From the NCBI GenBank assembly GCA_902566515.1, contig CACFIX010000004.1, positions 4,092-68,091 of the forward strand: DNA of 64,000 nucleotides, read 5' to 3'. Positions 19,514-29,698 of this stretch are shown piece after piece (positions within the stretch are counted from its first letter, which is position 1; each line of letters begins with the position of its first letter). Position numbers and translations under genes: made by a program. The stretch is from an uncultured Candidatus Actinomarina sp. (GTDB taxonomy: Bacteria > Actinomycetota > Acidimicrobiia > Actinomarinales > Actinomarinaceae). Below the pieces are notes generated by a model. That model was not told the origin of the DNA, did not search any database, and saw nothing but the letters and a program-made list of their open reading frames with translations.

Positions 19514-21255
19514 TAATATTTTCTTTCTTTTGGTTCATAGTTACCAAGTTCGACATCTTTATAGTCAAGTTTAACCGAGTCGCCATTCTTAAATGCAAAT
19601 GAGTGTTTTAACCAATTTGAATCGTCTCTTTCAACATGATCTACTCTTGAATGTGCTCCACGACTTTCTTTTCTTTCTAAAGCGCTAGCAACAGTTGTGT
19701 CTGACATATCTAACAAGTACTCAAGCTCAATTGCTTCTAATAACTCTGTATTAAAAACTTTTCCTTTGTCAGAAATAGTAACATTTTGATATCTGTCTCT
19801 TAATTCTGACAAAATTTCTTTCTGTTTTGTTAAACTTTCTTCAGATCTAAAAATTTTGGCATTTTCTTCCATTGAATCTTGAAGTTCTTCTCTTATCTTT
19901 GCTACTGAAAAATTAGGGTCATGTTCTTTATCAATATAGTTACTTATTTTGTTTTTTAGATCTTCGCCAGCATTTTCAGATAAGGAAAATGGTTTTGTAG
20001 AAGAAACATAATCAACCATACTTTGACCTGCTCTTTTCCCAAAAACCACTATATCTAGTAGGGAATTAGTGCCTAATCTATTTGCACCATGAACACTTAC
20101 ACAAGCAGACTCTCCCGCTGAATATACACCTGGAAGGATTGTGCCTTGAGCATCGCTTAAAACTTTCGCATCTACATCAGTGGGAATACCTCCCATAGCG
20201 TAATGAGCCGTTGGTTGAACTGGAATTGGCTCATCTATAGGTTCAATTTTTACATATGTCCTAACAAAATCTGTAATATCGGGCAATTTCTGTTTTATTG
20301 TTTCTGCACCCAAATGTGTTAAATCTAAATATACGAAATCATTGTTTGGTCCTGCTCCGTTACCTACACTTATTTCAGTTGCGATAGCTCTTGAAACCAT
20401 ATCTCTCGGAGCGAGATCTTTAATTGATGGAGCATATCTTTCCATAAACCTCTCACCATCTTTGTTTCTTAAGATTCCACCCTCACCTCTTGCAGCTTCT
20501 GACAAAAGTATTCCAAGTCGATATATTCCTGTTGGGTGAAACTGGTAGAATTCCATGTCTTCTAACGGTATGCCCTTCTGATATAAAATTCCTGGACCAT
20601 CACCTGTTAATGAGTGAGCATTGGAGCTAACCTTGTATATTTTTCCAAAACCACCAGTAGCGAACGTAACAGCTCTGGCCTCAAATATGTGTATATCACC
20701 GGTTGCAATTTCATAAGCTACGACACCTTTACAAACTCCGTCATCAATTTTTATATCTAAAACTTGAAATTCGTCAAAAAAGGTTACTCCCATCGAAACA
20801 CATTTCTGATATAAAGTTTGAAGAATCATATGACCAGTTCTATCTGCTGCATAGCAGGCTCTAAAAGCTGGTGCCTCACCTTCTTTAACAGTATGTCCTC
20901 CAAATCTTCTTTGAGCAATTTTGCCATTTTCTAATCTACTAAATGGAAGTCCCCAATGTTCTAACTCAACTACAGAGTCAATTGCTTCTTTGCACAAAAT
21001 ATCTACAGCTGGTTGATCTGCTAAGTAATCTGATCCTTTCACTGTATCAAATGCATGCCAATTCCAATTATCTTCTTCTACATTTGCTAATGCGGCACTC
21101 ATACCACCTTGGGCTGCACCAGTGTGTGATCTGGTTGGATATAGTTTTGTTATCACAGCTAACTTCATATGGGGTGCTGCTTCAATTGCAGCTCTTAGAC
21201 CTGCTCCACCAGCACCAACGATTACTCCATCAAAAGAGTGCTTGATTATTTTCAT
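19513..21255 (-). CDS. sdhA: Succinate dehydrogenase flavoprotein subunit
   Basis: GAGGAG, RSHTGAAQGG covalent FAD His, QFHPTG, HYAMGG, VHGANRLGTNSL. Confidence 0.97.
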   Translation of the reverse strand: MKIIKHSFDGVIVGAGGAGLRAAIEAAPHMKLAVITKLYPTRSHTGAAQGGMSAALANVEEDNWNWHAFDTVKGSDYLADQPAVDILCKEAIDSVVELEHWGLPFSRLENGKIAQRRFGGHTVKEGEAPAFRACYAADRTGHMILQTLYQKCVSMGVTFFDEFQVLDIKIDDGVCKGVVAYEIATGDIHIFEARAVTFATGGFGKIYKVSSNAHSLTGDGPGILYQKGIPLEDMEFYQFHPTGIYRLGILLSEAARGEGGILRNKDGERFMERYAPSIKDLAPRDMVSRAIATEISVGNGAGPNNDFVYLDLTHLGAETIKQKLPDITDFVRTYVKIEPIDEPIPVQPTAHYAMGGIPTDVDAKVLSDAQGTILPGVYSAGESACVSVHGANRLGTNSLLDIVVFGKRAGQSMVDYVSSTKPFSLSENAGEDLKNKISNYIDKEHDPNFSVAKIREELQDSMEENAKIFRSEESLTKQKEILSELRDRYQNVTISDKGKVFNTELLEAIELEYLLDMSDTTVASALERKESRGAHSRVDHVERDDSNWLKHSFAFKNGDSVKLDYKDVELGNYEPKERKY

Positions 21256-21662
21256 GCCTGCCTCACAAATGCTACTAAAACATATGTACCTAATATAAAA
21301 AACGCGGTTGATACAAAATACAAACTATATAAAGCAAGACTTCTATGGAGTTTGTTTGCAATATTGTCGTGCATAACTATTCTTAATCCATTTGTTCCAT
21401 GAAGAATACTTAGAGCGAGCAAAAGCCAATCAAAAGTTCTCCAATAAGGGGTATCCCATCTTGCAGCAACAAATTCATAATCAAGATTAAGCGTATCATT
21501 AAATACATGCATAATAAACATATGTCCAGCAGCTAATAAAACCAGAAATAAGCCACTTACTCTCATGAAAAACCATGCATATAATTCAAAATTACTTCCA
21601 CCAATAGGCGGTTGCCTTCTTCCCCAATCAGTTCTAGTTGTATTCTGCATTATGATTTCCAA
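21252..21662 (-). CDS. sdhD: Succinate dehydrogenase membrane anchor
   Basis: WFFMRVSG, three TM helices, LHGTNGLR heme His; operon context. Confidence 0.85.
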   Translation of the reverse strand: MEIIMQNTTRTDWGRRQPPIGGSNFELYAWFFMRVSGLFLVLLAAGHMFIMHVFNDTLNLDYEFVAARWDTPYWRTFDWLLLALSILHGTNGLRIVMHDNIANKLHRSLALYSLYFVSTAFFILGTYVLVAFVRQA

Positions 21663-22108
21663 TCTGGCAATGGTCGTACCATACAGTCAACAACTGTTGT
21701 TCCAGGTGAACTTTTTTCAATACAAATATCAAAATATGAAGTTATCATTCTATAAGTCGTTGGAACAAAAATTCCAATAAAAATTAGCAGCGCAACAGCG
21801 TTAAGAGATTTTTGATAATCTGATCCTTTTTTCCAAAGATCAACAGTGATGATTCTTAACCCATTTATTGCATGAGCTAATACTGCGGCCATTAAACCAA
21901 CCTCACCGAGTCTAAAATAAAAGTTTTTGTATATTGCTTCTGCACCTTCATATATTTCAGGACCCGCAAGTATTAATGCGGTAGAAATAATATGTAAAAG
22001 TAAATAACCAAATAACGCAACACCAGTGATTCGATGAAAAAGATATAACCACATGCTAGTCCTGCCTTTATAAACAGAACCAGTAGAAACAATTTCCTGA
22101 TAAGCCAT
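21650..22108 (-). CDS. sdhC: Succinate dehydrogenase cytochrome b556 subunit
   Basis: HRITGVA, HAINGLRI..D; operon context. Confidence 0.88.
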   Translation of the reverse strand: MAYQEIVSTGSVYKGRTSMWLYLFHRITGVALFGYLLLHIISTALILAGPEIYEGAEAIYKNFYFRLGEVGLMAAVLAHAINGLRIITVDLWKKGSDYQKSLNAVALLIFIGIFVPTTYRMITSYFDICIEKSSPGTTVVDCMVRPLPDWKS

Positions 22109-22163
22109 ATTTAATTATCCTACATTGGAAAAATAACTATAAATTAATTAGACAATTCACCCC

Positions 22164-22192
22164 TTGACATTTTTATGTTCCCGTAATAAATT
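22164..22192 (+). promoter_or_regulatory. Sigma-70-type promoter of whiB
   Basis: TTGACA (22164..22169)-17 bp-TAAATT (22187..22192). Confidence 0.7.
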
Positions 22193-22223
22193 ACACATAT
22201 GTAATTTACTTAAAGGAGTACTG

Positions 22224-22505
22224 GTGGAGCAATCAATAGTAGAAGAATTAATCGGTGGAATGCCATCATGGACAGAAGAGGCAAATTGTAAAGGGGCAGA
22301 CGCAGATTTATTTTTTCCAGAAAGAGGAGCTTCTACTAGAAAAGCTAAAGCAGTTTGTAGAGCATGCACCGTCCAAGACCAATGCTTGGAGTATGCAGTA
22401 GAGAACTCAGAAAAATTCGGAATTTGGGGCGGCCTATCAGAGCGCGAACGCAGACGAATTAAAAGACAGCGTGCTGCAGAATTTGATATTCGAGACGTAG
22501 GTTAG
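22224..22505 (+). CDS. whiB: WhiB-family Fe-S transcription factor
   Basis: Four Cys (ANC, VCRAC, QC), LFFPERG, GIWGGLSERERR; GTG 22224 follows the SD AAAGGAG. Confidence 0.93.
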   Translation: MEQSIVEELIGGMPSWTEEANCKGADADLFFPERGASTRKAKAVCRACTVQDQCLEYAVENSEKFGIWGGLSERERRRIKRQRAAEFDIRDVG

Positions 22506-22957
22506 ATACTAAAACTTTCTGAATATTCTCTGAAGTCTCTTTCAACTCCAATTTCATCACTTTTTATTATTTCAGTAATAGTGTTTTCTTCATCTGTTAT
22601 AAATGTATACCTTAAAGAAATACCAGCTCCCTCGTGAAAGCAACCAAATTTCTTGGCTACTTCACCATGAGGCCAAAAGTCTGACAAAATTGGGAATTCA
22701 ATATTATGGTGTGCTGCCCATGATCCATTAGTTGGACTTGCACCTACTGTAATAAGTATTGTATTTGTATCATCTTTCAAAAAAGATTCTTGATAATCGC
22801 GTAATTCGCATATTTCTTTATCACAAACACTACTATATGGGAATGGCATAAAAACAAACATTGTTTTTTGACCCAAAAAATCTTTGTCGCTGTGCTTTGT
22901 TTTGTCATAATTGAATAATTCAAATTCTGGAATTTTATCTCCGATATTTAATGACAT
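22502..22957 (-). CDS. Peroxiredoxin, AhpE/BCP-like
   Basis: PFPYSSVC (PxxxSxxC), LSDFWPHGEVAKKFG, RYTFI. Confidence 0.88.
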   Translation of the reverse strand: MSLNIGDKIPEFELFNYDKTKHSDKDFLGQKTMFVFMPFPYSSVCDKEICELRDYQESFLKDDTNTILITVGASPTNGSWAAHHNIEFPILSDFWPHGEVAKKFGCFHEGAGISLRYTFITDEENTITEIIKSDEIGVERDFREYSESFSI

Positions 22958-23000
22958 TTTTCAATCCTTTCTTACTAAAGTAATCATAGCTAAGTTTGAA

Positions 23001-24041
23001 TTAAATAGGTGGCAATGAAGTCCTAGCTGCCCAAGAAATTGGATCATCTAATTCGTCAACTGAAGGAATAAGATTTATGTTTGAAATTATATCATTTAAT
23101 CCTAATTCATTTTTTGATTCGTCTAAGAATGTGATAAAGGAATCAGACTTTTCATCATATTTAGAGATTTTTGATTCGAAATCACTACCGGGTCCTTGGT
23201 TAGCGACTAGGCCTAGGTCCATAATTAGATCAAATACACTTGGGTCAATAAAATCAATTAAATTTTTTGCATAGTGCTTGATTACTGATCTATAAAAACT
23301 AAGTGGCGCAAAAATAATATCAAGAATTGAATCAATGTCAAAGTTATTCAATTCAGGCATGTTATTCATGAGGTCTTCAGGATTAGAAAAATTACTTGGG
23401 TCAAAATTTGGTTCAATATCTTTTATGTTTGCTAAAAGCTCTTCATTACTTTTTTTCATTTGTTTCAGCAAGTAATTGAAGGGAGCTGTGTGCTCACCAA
23501 GTGTCAGGGTTATATATTCTAGAAGCATTAATGCAATTGTTGCTTCCTTTTCATCGATTGAAAATTGACTTATTCTTAAATCAAAATTATTTTTATTTAT
23601 TGCGAGAGAGCTATTTCTTGGAAGAATAATCCCAAAATGGCTAAGACCCCAAGTGTTCTTACTTAAAAATCCAGCAATGTTACCTAATTGCATTCCTATT
23701 ATTGATGATTGAGCTCCTCCAATACCTGTAGGTAAACCTTCAAACATTTGAAGTTCAGAAAAATCAAAATGCTTAATAGAATTTAGAAACCAGGTTCCAT
23801 ACTTTTTTGAATTCATAATTGAAATTTCCAATGGTGTGAACTCATTTTTTATTGAAGATTCTTGGCTCAATTCAATAACTCTAAATATTTCTTGATAATT
23901 TAAGTCTGAATTAGAAAGCAATCTATCTTCATGAATATCTTTATTAATATGGTTATTAATTTGTTCAGCCAATTGCCAATTTACATCTCCATCATCATTA
24001 TTAAATAGACTGAATAGTTGGGAAAAAATATCGTCAGACAT
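23001..24041 (-). CDS. Actinobacterial zincin-like protein (DUF2342/Rv3195-like), degenerate
   Basis: N-terminal GDVNWQLAEQI, QLGNIAGFLSK, DELDDPISWAAR; no HExxH visible. Confidence 0.55.
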   Translation of the reverse strand: MSDDIFSQLFSLFNNDDGDVNWQLAEQINNHINKDIHEDRLLSNSDLNYQEIFRVIELSQESSIKNEFTPLEISIMNSKKYGTWFLNSIKHFDFSELQMFEGLPTGIGGAQSSIIGMQLGNIAGFLSKNTWGLSHFGIILPRNSSLAINKNNFDLRISQFSIDEKEATIALMLLEYITLTLGEHTAPFNYLLKQMKKSNEELLANIKDIEPNFDPSNFSNPEDLMNNMPELNNFDIDSILDIIFAPLSFYRSVIKHYAKNLIDFIDPSVFDLIMDLGLVANQGPGSDFESKISKYDEKSDSFITFLDESKNELGLNDIISNINLIPSVDELDDPISWAARTSLPPI

Positions 24042-25249
24042 TAAACGTCAGATGGACGTAAATCCAATTCAAAAACAAGTGTAATTGCTTGTGATTCTCT
24101 TAGTATTTCAATCTCCACTTGTTCACCAGCTCTTTTTGTTCTTAAAATAGTAATCAAACCATCGAGTGTTTTTACTGTTTCACCATTTATTTTTTTTATA
24201 ACATCACCCGGTAGTGCTCCAGCTTTTCCTATAGCGAATATTTCGCCTCCAGGACCATAAAGTTCCTGTATAAAGACTCCTGAAAATACTCTTGCACCAT
24301 CATCTGCAATATCAAAATGCTGAGCTCCTAAAATTCCAAGAAAAGCGTGAAGAATTTTTCCATCTTTTAACAAACCTTCTGCAATGTTTAATGCAAGATT
24401 TACAGGTACAGCAAAGCCTAACCCTTCAGCACCAACATCTGCTGTTGCGATTGCAGTAGTAATACCAATTAATTCTCCATTTTTATTTATAAGAGCGCCT
24501 CCACTAGACCCTCTTGTTATGGGCGCATCAGTTTGTATAAGTCCAAACAAAGTTACTGAAGTTCCCATAACATCACCACCAACATCCAATCTTCTTTCAA
24601 GCGCAGAAACAACACCAGTAGTTACTGTAGGTGCAGCACCAAGTGTAAGAGGATGTCCAATGGCAACTGCTAAATCACCGACTAACATTTTATCGCTATT
24701 CCCAATTGCTATAGGTATCAAATTTGAAGCTGCAATCTTTACAAGCCCGATATCAGTCAATCTGTCAGAACCAATTACATTTGCTTCGTACATTCGCCCA
24801 TCTTCGAAAATAACTCGGACTTCAGTGGAATTATCGATAACATGATGATTTGTCATTATAAGACCATCATTAGCTATTACAACTCCTGAACCTCCACCTG
24901 CTGATAAAAACTCTCCATCTTCAGTCAATGTACCAACTTGAACTTGGACTATTGTCTTTGTAGCCAATTCAGCTATTGAAACAACCTCGGTCGAATCTAC
25001 TCTTGGCATTACTAATTCTTTTTCTTTAATTGTCTCAGTAATTGTTATTGGTTCTGGTAAAACGATTTCTTCTTCTTCAAAAAGACCAAATAAAAATAAA
25101 AATCCAATAACAATACCACTTGAAAGCAGAGCTGAGCCAATTACAACATTTAAAGAACTTCTTTTCTTTTCAGTTTTTTCTTCAATTAGATCTGAAATAT
25201 ATTTTTTTTGTTCAAATAATTCTTGCTGTGAATAATTGCCTTCTTCCAT
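24041..25249 (-). CDS. htrA: HtrA/DegP serine protease with TM anchor and PDZ domain
   Basis: GSGVV, TNHHV, TDIGL, IQTDAPITRGSSGGAL. Confidence 0.92.
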   Translation of the reverse strand: MEEGNYSQQELFEQKKYISDLIEEKTEKKRSSLNVVIGSALLSSGIVIGFLFLFGLFEEEEIVLPEPITITETIKEKELVMPRVDSTEVVSIAELATKTIVQVQVGTLTEDGEFLSAGGGSGVVIANDGLIMTNHHVIDNSTEVRVIFEDGRMYEANVIGSDRLTDIGLVKIAASNLIPIAIGNSDKMLVGDLAVAIGHPLTLGAAPTVTTGVVSALERRLDVGGDVMGTSVTLFGLIQTDAPITRGSSGGALINKNGELIGITTAIATADVGAEGLGFAVPVNLALNIAEGLLKDGKILHAFLGILGAQHFDIADDGARVFSGVFIQELYGPGGEIFAIGKAGALPGDVIKKINGETVKTLDGLITILRTKRAGEQVEIEILRESQAITLVFELDLRPSDV

Positions 25250-25381
25250 ACATTCATATTAAATATGGAAAGATTCTAACCAATATTACAAATCAAATTT
25301 TTTAAAAGGTTTCAATGTTTGTTGCTTTAAATCTTCTATAAGTTGAAAAATGTTTTACGTTTCCTTAAAGTTAAAAGGTAA

Positions 25382-26170
25382 ATGTTATCTGTTAAAAACT
25401 TAGAAGTTGTATATCAAGATGTAATTTTAGTTCTCAGAGGTATCTCTTTTGAAATACCAAAAGGAGAAATTGTTTCTCTTTTAGGAAGTAATGGTTCCGG
25501 AAAAACAACAGTAATTAGATCGATTACAGGTTTACTTGACATTCAAAATGGTGATATAACTAAGGGAAGTATATCTGTTGACGGCGAAGAAATTACCAAT
25601 TTAAACCCATCAAAGATTGTTGAGAAAGGAATTGCACAAGTACTTGAAGGTAGAAGAGTTTTTTCAGAACTCACCGTTGTTGAAAATTTACGTTTGGGTG
25701 GTCATACAAATAGTCAAGATGTACCAAAAAATATAGAAAGAGTTTTTGAATTATTTCCTGTATTGAAAAATAGATCTAAAGGAGAAGCAGGCTATTTATC
25801 AGGTGGAGAACAACAAATGCTTGCAATTGGTCGAGCATTAATGTCAAATCCAAATTATTTGTTACTTGATGAACCTAGCCTAGGTCTTGCACCAAAATTA
25901 GTAGATCAAATTGCTGAATTGATTAGAGAAATAAACTCACAAGGAGTTACTGTATTACTTGTTGAACAAAATGCAAATATGGCTTTGAATGTATCAAGTC
26001 ATGGATACATAATGGAGACTGGAAATATTGTTATGGACAACCCAAGCGATGTATTGTTAAAAGATGAGGATGTCAGAGAGTTTTATCTTGGATTAAATCC
26101 AGAAGGAACGAACAGAAAATCATTTAAAGATGTTAAGCATTACAAACGAAAGAAAAGATGGCTTTCATGA
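25382..26170 (+). CDS. HAAT (Liv-type) ABC transporter ATPase, LivF-like
   Basis: GSNGSGKTT, LSGGEQQMLAIGRALM, LDEPSLGLAP, VEQNA. Confidence 0.92.
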   Translation: MLSVKNLEVVYQDVILVLRGISFEIPKGEIVSLLGSNGSGKTTVIRSITGLLDIQNGDITKGSISVDGEEITNLNPSKIVEKGIAQVLEGRRVFSELTVVENLRLGGHTNSQDVPKNIERVFELFPVLKNRSKGEAGYLSGGEQQMLAIGRALMSNPNYLLLDEPSLGLAPKLVDQIAELIREINSQGVTVLLVEQNANMALNVSSHGYIMETGNIVMDNPSDVLLKDEDVREFYLGLNPEGTNRKSFKDVKHYKRKKRWLS

Positions 26171-26928
26171 GATCGTTAAAATTCAATAGTGTAAGTTTAA
26201 AATTTGGTGGAATCACAGCATTAAACAATGTCAGTTTTGAAGTAAAACCATATACTCTTTATGCAATAATTGGTCCTAATGGAGCTGGTAAAACATCAAT
26301 TTTTAATTGTATAAGTGGAATTTATAGACCTACACTTGGCTCCGTTACTTATGGTGATAACGACATTAAAGAATTGAGACCAGACCAAGTTGCTAATCTA
26401 GGTATTGCTAGAACCTTTCAAAATATTGAATTATTTGAAAATATGACAGTTTTAGACAATATTCTTATTGGTGCTCATCGGCATCTAAATTATGGCTCAG
26501 TCTCTGGTTTATTTTATAATAAGAAAGCTAGAAGAAGTGAGTTGAAAGCAAGAATGATTGCTGAAGAAATCATTGATTTTTTAGAAATTGAACAGTTTAG
26601 ATATTCATATATTTTGTCATTACCATACGGAGTTCAAAAGAGGGTAGAAATAGGCAGAGCTTTAGCACTTAATCCTGATGTATTGTTACTTGATGAACCT
26701 GCTGCAGGTATGAACAATGAGGAAACTGAAGATATTGCCCGTTTTATTATTGATATACATGAAGAAATGGGAAAAACTGTAGTATTAGTTGATCATGATA
26801 TGAATATGGTTATGGATATTGCACAGGAAGTAATGGTTTTGAATTTTGGAGAGAAATTAGCTGAAGGTACGCCTGAAGTTATAGTTAAAGATGCAAATGT
26901 AATAGAAGCTTATTTAGGAGTAAGTTAG
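26167..26928 (+). CDS. HAAT ABC transporter ATPase, LivG-like
   Basis: GPNGAGKTS, ARTFQN, LPYGVQKRVE, LDEPAAG; ATGA overlap suggests start 26167 (track gives 26158). Confidence 0.92.
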   Translation: MRSLKFNSVSLKFGGITALNNVSFEVKPYTLYAIIGPNGAGKTSIFNCISGIYRPTLGSVTYGDNDIKELRPDQVANLGIARTFQNIELFENMTVLDNILIGAHRHLNYGSVSGLFYNKKARRSELKARMIAEEIIDFLEIEQFRYSYILSLPYGVQKRVEIGRALALNPDVLLLDEPAAGMNNEETEDIARFIIDIHEEMGKTVVLVDHDMNMVMDIAQEVMVLNFGEKLAEGTPEVIVKDANVIEAYLGVS

Positions 26929-26930
26929 TT

Positions 26931-28781
26931 ATGGCTATGTCAATGACAGAAATTTATGACGAAATTTTAAAAGATGGTGGAAAGACTCCATCAAAAAAAA
27001 TACAGGAAACATCAATAAGGTTCCCAGATAAAGTAGCAATGAGATACAAGGAATTCGGTGTATGGCAAGAGACTACATATGAAGAATTTTGGAAAAAATC
27101 TAATTATTTATCAATGGGCTTAAAGTTTTTTGGAATTGAAAAAAGTGATTCTGTTGCAATTCACTCTGAAAATAGGCCAGAGTGGTTTATAGCTGATATT
27201 GGAATTCAGTCTATCGGTGCTGTAAGTGTGGGCTTGTATCCTACAAATCCTGCTTCTGAAGTAGAATATTTGCTATCTCACTCAGAATCAAAAATCTTAT
27301 TTGCAGAGGATCAAGAACAAGTTGATAAAGCCTTACAAGTTATTGAGGAGCTACCACAATTAGAAAAAATTGTTTACTTTGAGGATAGAGGTCTCTATAG
27401 CTATAACCATCCTAAGTTAATGCACTTTGATGAATTTCTTGAAATTGGAAAGTCTGAGTTTGAAGCTCACCCCGAGTATGTTAATGAACAACTAGCGAAA
27501 ATTGAAGATCATGATGTTGCGTTTTTAGTGTATACTTCCGGCACTACCGGAAGACCTAAAGGCTCTATGATTACACATGGAAATATCGCTTGGGTTGCAT
27601 CTCAAATTCCAAATTTTTCATTAGTAGAAAATGTAAAGTCAAAAGAACCGCAGTTTCTCTCATATTTACCGTTGTGTCATATTTTTGGAAGGCTAATAGA
27701 TTTACTTGTAGCGTCACACACAATGGCAACAATTAATTTTGCAGAATCAATAGATACCGTACAAAGTGATTTAGTTGAAATACAACCAACAATTTTTCCA
27801 GCAGTTCCAAGAATTCTTGAAAGAATGCATTCAGGAGCAATTGTTAGAATGAAAGATGCTACTTTTTTAAAGCGTCAATTATTTAAAATTTCAATGTATC
27901 TTGGCAACATTGCAGCGGAAAGAAAGCTTGAAAGAGATTTTAATGATCCAATAGCAAAAATTTTGTTGGGTATAGGATGGTTATTATCTTTTAGAACTTT
28001 AAAGAAAAAACTGGGCCTTAGTAAGGCTGAGACAGCTATTTCAGGTGCAGCGCCTATTGCCCCTGAAATTTTAAAATTTTTCCTAGCACTTGGTGTTCCA
28101 ATATTTGAAGGTTATGGTATGACAGAAAATTGTGGTTTTGCAACAGGAAACAATGAGAAAAAAATAAAGTTAGGTACTGTTGGAGTACCAAATCATGGCA
28201 TGGAAATAAAGCTTGCCGAAGATGGAGAAGTTCTAACAAGAGGTGGTGCAGTTTTTAAAGGTTACTTTAAAAATGAAGAAGCAACCAGAGAAACAATAGA
28301 TGAAGATGGTTGGCTTCATACAGGTGATGTTGGAGTTTTTGACGGAGAATTTCTTAAAATCGTGGATAGAAAAAAAGACATTATCATTACTAGTGGAGGA
28401 AAGAATGTATCACCACAAGAAATAGAAAATAAAATTAAAATTTCTCCTTTTATAAAAGATGCAATTGTTATAGGTGACAAAAGGAAATTCTTATCTGCTT
28501 TAATAGCAATAGAATTTGATACAGTTTCTAATTGGGCTTTAAGAAAAAATATTCCTCATACTACATATAGAGATCTCTCAGAAAAAAAAGAAGTTCAAGA
28601 TTTAGTATGGAAAGAAATTATTAAAGCAAATGAGGAAACTTCATCATTAGAGATTAGAAAATTTAGAATGATTCCGAAAGAATTAGATCATGAAGATGGT
28701 GAGTTAACAGCTACACAAAAAATAAAGAGGAATGTATTGATAGAACAATTTAGTGATCTCATTGAGGAGATGTATTCTTGA
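26931..28781 (+). CDS. Long-chain fatty acyl-CoA synthetase (AMP-binding)
   Basis: YTSGTTGRPKG, YLPLCH, EGYGMTE, GWLHTGD, DRKKDIIITSGGKN. Confidence 0.9.
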   Translation: MAMSMTEIYDEILKDGGKTPSKKIQETSIRFPDKVAMRYKEFGVWQETTYEEFWKKSNYLSMGLKFFGIEKSDSVAIHSENRPEWFIADIGIQSIGAVSVGLYPTNPASEVEYLLSHSESKILFAEDQEQVDKALQVIEELPQLEKIVYFEDRGLYSYNHPKLMHFDEFLEIGKSEFEAHPEYVNEQLAKIEDHDVAFLVYTSGTTGRPKGSMITHGNIAWVASQIPNFSLVENVKSKEPQFLSYLPLCHIFGRLIDLLVASHTMATINFAESIDTVQSDLVEIQPTIFPAVPRILERMHSGAIVRMKDATFLKRQLFKISMYLGNIAAERKLERDFNDPIAKILLGIGWLLSFRTLKKKLGLSKAETAISGAAPIAPEILKFFLALGVPIFEGYGMTENCGFATGNNEKKIKLGTVGVPNHGMEIKLAEDGEVLTRGGAVFKGYFKNEEATRETIDEDGWLHTGDVGVFDGEFLKIVDRKKDIIITSGGKNVSPQEIENKIKISPFIKDAIVIGDKRKFLSALIAIEFDTVSNWALRKNIPHTTYRDLSEKKEVQDLVWKEIIKANEETSSLEIRKFRMIPKELDHEDGELTATQKIKRNVLIEQFSDLIEEMYS

Positions 28782-29698
28782 CAACTTTTTTACAAGCCAC
28801 TGTTGAGGGCCTTTCATTAGCCGCTATATATTCACTTGTTGCAATTGGGTTTGTGTTGATTTACAAATCAATGGATGTATTAAGTTTTGCACAACCGGCT
28901 TTAGCAGTTGTTGGTGCTGGAATTATTAGTGCTTTAGCTGTAGATAGGGGGTTTCCTTTTTTACCCTCACTATTTCTTGCAATCTTATTAACAGGGATAT
29001 TAAGTTCAATTGTTGAGAGAACGTTTCTTCGGCCTATGGTGGGAGAACCTGTTTTTGCTGTAGCTGTATTGACAATTGGTATAGATATTCTTTTAAGAAC
29101 ATTGTTAGATAGCTGGATTGGGGTCAGTCCAAGATATCTTGGAGACCCATTTCCTACTTATGGAACATTGGGTTCATTTAATATTGCAGGTGTTAATTTA
29201 AAATATTTGGAAATATCTGCTCTGATAACAGCGATAATACTGATTTCAATTTTGTCAATTTTCTTTAAAAGGTCTAAATATGGCGTAGCTATGAGAGCAA
29301 CTTCTTTTGATCAAGAAGCTGCATTAGCTCAAGGTATTAATGTAGGAAGAATATTTGGATTGGTGTGGTTTATTGCCGGAATATTGGCAGCTTTTTCAGG
29401 TTTTTTTATGACCGGAGGTTTTAACACCCTATCACCACTTAGCTTTGCAAAAGCTCTCAGAGCTTTACCTGCTGTTGTTATAGGCGGTCTTGATTCAATT
29501 CCTGGTGCAATTGTTGGTTCAATAATTATTGGTCTCACTCAGGGATATGTTGCTTATTACCAATTTCAATTAGAGGGCGTATTTGACATAACTCTTGGAA
29601 ATGGATTTTCATTATTGGCACCATATCTAATAATGTTTGTTATTTTGATATTTAAACCAGATGGCCTTTTTGGAACAGAGGAGGTTGAAAGAGTATGA
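28778..29698 (+). CDS. HAAT ABC permease, LivH-like
   Basis: GLSLAAIYSLVAIG, GVAMRA, IGGLDSIPGA. Confidence 0.9.
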   Translation: MTTFLQATVEGLSLAAIYSLVAIGFVLIYKSMDVLSFAQPALAVVGAGIISALAVDRGFPFLPSLFLAILLTGILSSIVERTFLRPMVGEPVFAVAVLTIGIDILLRTLLDSWIGVSPRYLGDPFPTYGTLGSFNIAGVNLKYLEISALITAIILISILSIFFKRSKYGVAMRATSFDQEAALAQGINVGRIFGLVWFIAGILAAFSGFFMTGGFNTLSPLSFAKALRALPAVVIGGLDSIPGAIVGSIIIGLTQGYVAYYQFQLEGVFDITLGNGFSLLAPYLIMFVILIFKPDGLFGTEEVERV

